NCBI RefSeq assembly: GCF_009914755.1
Contig: NC_060939.1
Length of the DNA: 64,000 bases
Source of the DNA: the human T2T-CHM13v2.0 reference genome, Homo sapiens
Direction: 5' to 3' (one strand)
Positions 60,945-64,000 of the stretch are shown here, one piece after another; positions within the stretch are counted from its first letter, which is position 1; every line of letters starts with the position of its first letter. Below the pieces are notes generated by a model. It was not told the origin of the DNA. It made no database searches and worked only from the letters and a program-made list of their open reading frames with translations. A program made the position numbers and the translations under genes.

Positions 60945-61089
60945 GTGCGAGCGAGCAAGTAAAGTGTGCCCTTGATGTGATTTATCTACAGAGTTGGGGT
61001 GGGGTGGGGAAGAAGCTAGAAAGAAATTTGACCAGTTAGATAACCTAGCTACGTATTGACCAAAGAGAAAGGACCTCATATGGAAAGAT

Positions 61090-62650
61090 GAATGTTTAGA
61101 TTTAGACTGGATGCTGAGAAGGCTCTCTGGGGAGAGTGACGTTTCTGTTTTGACCTGAAGAAGCAGAGAAGGGCGTTTCAGACGGAGGGAAGAGGGTAGG
61201 TGAAGGCCCTGAGGTGGAGAAGGAGCTCAGCATGTTTGTGAGTAGGCCAGTTTGGCACAGGGAGGGGTGCTGGGTTGGGGAAGGGATTTGGAGAGAGGAG
61301 ATGAGAGAGCAATAGGAGTGATAGGAGCTAAGGAGGTAGACAGGACTTATCATGCGGGGCCTCGTAGGCCCTGTAATGTTTGAATTTTCCTTTTGGTGCA
61401 CTGGCTAGCAGTTAGAGGGCTTTTAGTAGGAGAGGGACATGGCCAGCCCTGTGTTTTTAAAAGATCCTCTGCCTGTGGTGTGGCGAATGAGCAGAAGCTC
61501 CCATCTAATCCTGCCCTCCTTTGATGTTTGACTTCCTACTCCTTGCCAAATGGTCATCAAATCTCTTACTGAACATCCCTGTCGGAGGAATGCACTTTAT
61601 CAGCCAACGCAGCTCCTTCCCTTTTTTACTTGGCTACATCTCAGAAGGCTCTTTTTTGTGAGCTGAGATTTGTCTTTCTATAGCGCCCACTCATAACGTT
61701 TTAGTTAAGCCCTCAGAACGTGGTTGTTCCCTCTTCCAGGTCAACAGCTCTTCCAGTTGTCTTCCCTCCAAACACAGTTCTAGATTTTCTGTCTCAGTAA
61801 ATTCTCCCACATCCAGTCCATTGCTAACTCCAGATAACTTGTCAGTCCTCCTTCACTGCTTCCTAGGCCTCCCTCAGTGCCACACCCTGTCAGTCCCCAC
61901 ACTTGTGGGTTCTACCTTCTGAGTAGCTCTGCGTCTTTCTACTCGCCAGCATCCCTGCTGCTGTGTGGGTGGTTCCAGCTCTCCAGATCACTGCCACAGC
62001 CTCCTGAGAGTCTACTCCCTCCGTTCTTGGCCCATTCAGCCCCTCCTCCACCCTGCAGCTGGAGCCATCTTGCCAGTGTACAGTCCTGAGCTGCAGTCAT
62101 TCCCTGCTTTAAAACCTTCACTGCTCTTCATGCTTTCAAGATGAAGTGTAACCTCCATAGCAGGTGAGCAGTGAAGAGCCCTTCACATATGGGTGCTCTG
62201 TGTACTCCAGCTTGCTGGCCCACCTCTGTACCCCATCCCACCTGACATTCCAGCTTTGCTGATGAACACATAGTGCCCTGAATGGATCACTTTCTTCTCT
62301 CTACTGGGCCTGCACATTTTCCCGTTTTCCTGTTTCTTTTCATCCCCACCTTGACCTTCAGTCTGGCTAACCTTGGTTATCTTTGAGGACTAAATTATCT
62401 TCTGAGAACTGTCCCTGATTACTACCCATCCCCAGTGCACACCAGGGACCTCTCTAGGAATTCCTATGATACTCCCTTCTTCCTTGTATTGTAGTAGTGA
62501 GCACATTGTATTATAATCACCCCTGTCCTCCAGTAGATTCTATACTATTTGAGGGCAGTGACTGTAGCATATTCATTGACAAAGTTCCAATTCCCAGCAT
62601 GATGCTTGCCACATAGATTATAGTCAATCATGTTTGAATGAATGAATGCA
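61090..62650. mobile_element. L2 fragments in both orientations with an intervening old MIR3/L3-like piece
   Basis: L2 text and (TGAA)n 3' tail at about 62635-62660. Confidence 0.7.
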
Positions 62651-62842
62651 TGAATGTATGTATGAATTACTTGTATTTCTTTTACATCTTACCTCTGGAC
62701 TAAATTCTCCCAGCTCTTTCATCTTTTCTGATATGACATTATTTCTAGTCCCCTCATCCTTTTCTCTTCTTTGGATATCTCAGTGTCTCTCTTCAGGTGT
62801 TGTACTCAAGTTACAGTTGTAACACATTTAAATTTTAAAATG

Positions 62843-63175
62843 TTTTTATTTTATTACTTTTTTAGAGATGGGATCTCCCTCTGTTGTCCAAGTTAGAGTG
62901 CAGTGGCACAATCACAGCTCGCTGCAGCCTTGACCTCCTGGGCTCAAGTGGTCCTTCCACCTCAGCCTCCCAAGTAGCTGGGACTACAGGCTTGCACCAC
63001 AATCCCTGATTAAGTGTTTTTTTTTTATTTTTTTAAATTTTTTTAATTTTTAGTTTGTAGAGACGGGGTCTCACTGTGCTGCCTAGGCTAGTCTCAAACT
63101 CCTGGCTCAAGCAATTTTCTCACTTTGGCCTCCCAAAGGGTTGTGATTACAGTCATGAACCACCACAGCTGGCCT
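62843..63175 (-). mobile_element. AluJ
   Basis: Diverged reverse dimer with expanded middle T-rich linker. Confidence 0.85.
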
Positions 63176-63800
63176 TTAAATGTTTTTAAAAGTGATTTTT
63201 GGATAGCTTAGGTCACCGTGAACATGCAGATGAATGAAATATTGAGTAAAGTGAGTCACAGAGAAATTGCCAGGATACAATTTTTTCTTTTTTTTTTCTT
63301 TTTAACCAGACAAAGTTGATAGCCAGATACTAGCATAATGAATGAAACAGTATTTTCCTCTATTACTCTCAAAGCATGGGTTGTTTTTTCTTTTGCCTTA
63401 GGTGAATAACTGTTTATTAAACTGGGTTTACTAATGCACATGGTGTTCCTAGGCCATAATTACTGAATTCAAGTCCCATTGCCAAGGCAAGGCCTTTCCT
63501 AAACTACTTAGCTTTCTCCTTCTGTAAATTAGGATGATTAAACTTTCCATCTATCTACTGCTGGTGTTAGAAAGATTGATGAAGCTGTATTAGGAATCAC
63601 GTTTTATTTCTTGGATGAAAGGCATTCTATAAATGCAATGAATCAAAATGTTATTAATTCAAGTTTATAACATAATGGAATATCTATGTAGAAACCTTGC
63701 CTGGGCTTTGTTTGGTTATTTGCGTCTTTACAATAATTGGAACTATCAACTGGGAGTCATTTGTGGGAAAACTAGGATCTGAATGTTTCCCAGAAAAAAA

Positions 63801-63843
<43 letters not shown>
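63801..63843. repeat. (TG)n microsatellite with a TATA interruption
   Basis: Direct reading. Confidence 0.95.
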
Positions 63844-64000
63844 ATAAGAGATAGATGGACTTCGAGCAAGATCTGTACCTTAGAGGTCTGTATTTTAGTA
63901 TCCTTTATAAATTAGGGATAATAACTATACCTAAAGTATAGTTATTATAAGGATTAAATTAGGATAATAAGCATTTAGCACAATGCCTAGCACATGGTCA

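Overview
Human genomic DNA (human-specific AluYb8 elements are present) from the C15orf61-MAP2K5 locus, chr15q23. The window holds the last coding exon and 3'UTR of C15orf61 (438-565, +), about 15 kb of repeat-rich intergenic DNA, and the MAP2K5 (MEK5) CpG-island promoter. It also holds MAP2K5 coding exons 1-6 (+; residues 1-144, PB1 domain plus linker) and an alternative first exon (MMEGHFPQS). The kinase domain lies beyond the window. Nearly all other ORF-track entries are Alu, L1 or GC-rich artefacts. I see no evidence of a wholly new biological system. The most unusual observations are: (1) three near-consensus AluYb8 insertions within 24 kb, two sharing a non-consensus substitution, with an inverted pair bracketing the 68-nt exon 3; (2) a cryptic exon-4 acceptor that would give an in-frame OPCA-less MEK5 or a TAATG stop/restart at Met90; (3) transposon-free intronic blocks with clustered MEIS/PBX, MEF2/E-box and PTF1-like motifs; (4) a nested MER41 > MSTA > inverted MER41 > Alu structure; (5) an ATG-free 5'UTR with one start-stop uORF. 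Repeat boundaries and subfamily calls are by eye and approximate unless target-site duplications (TSDs) are given.
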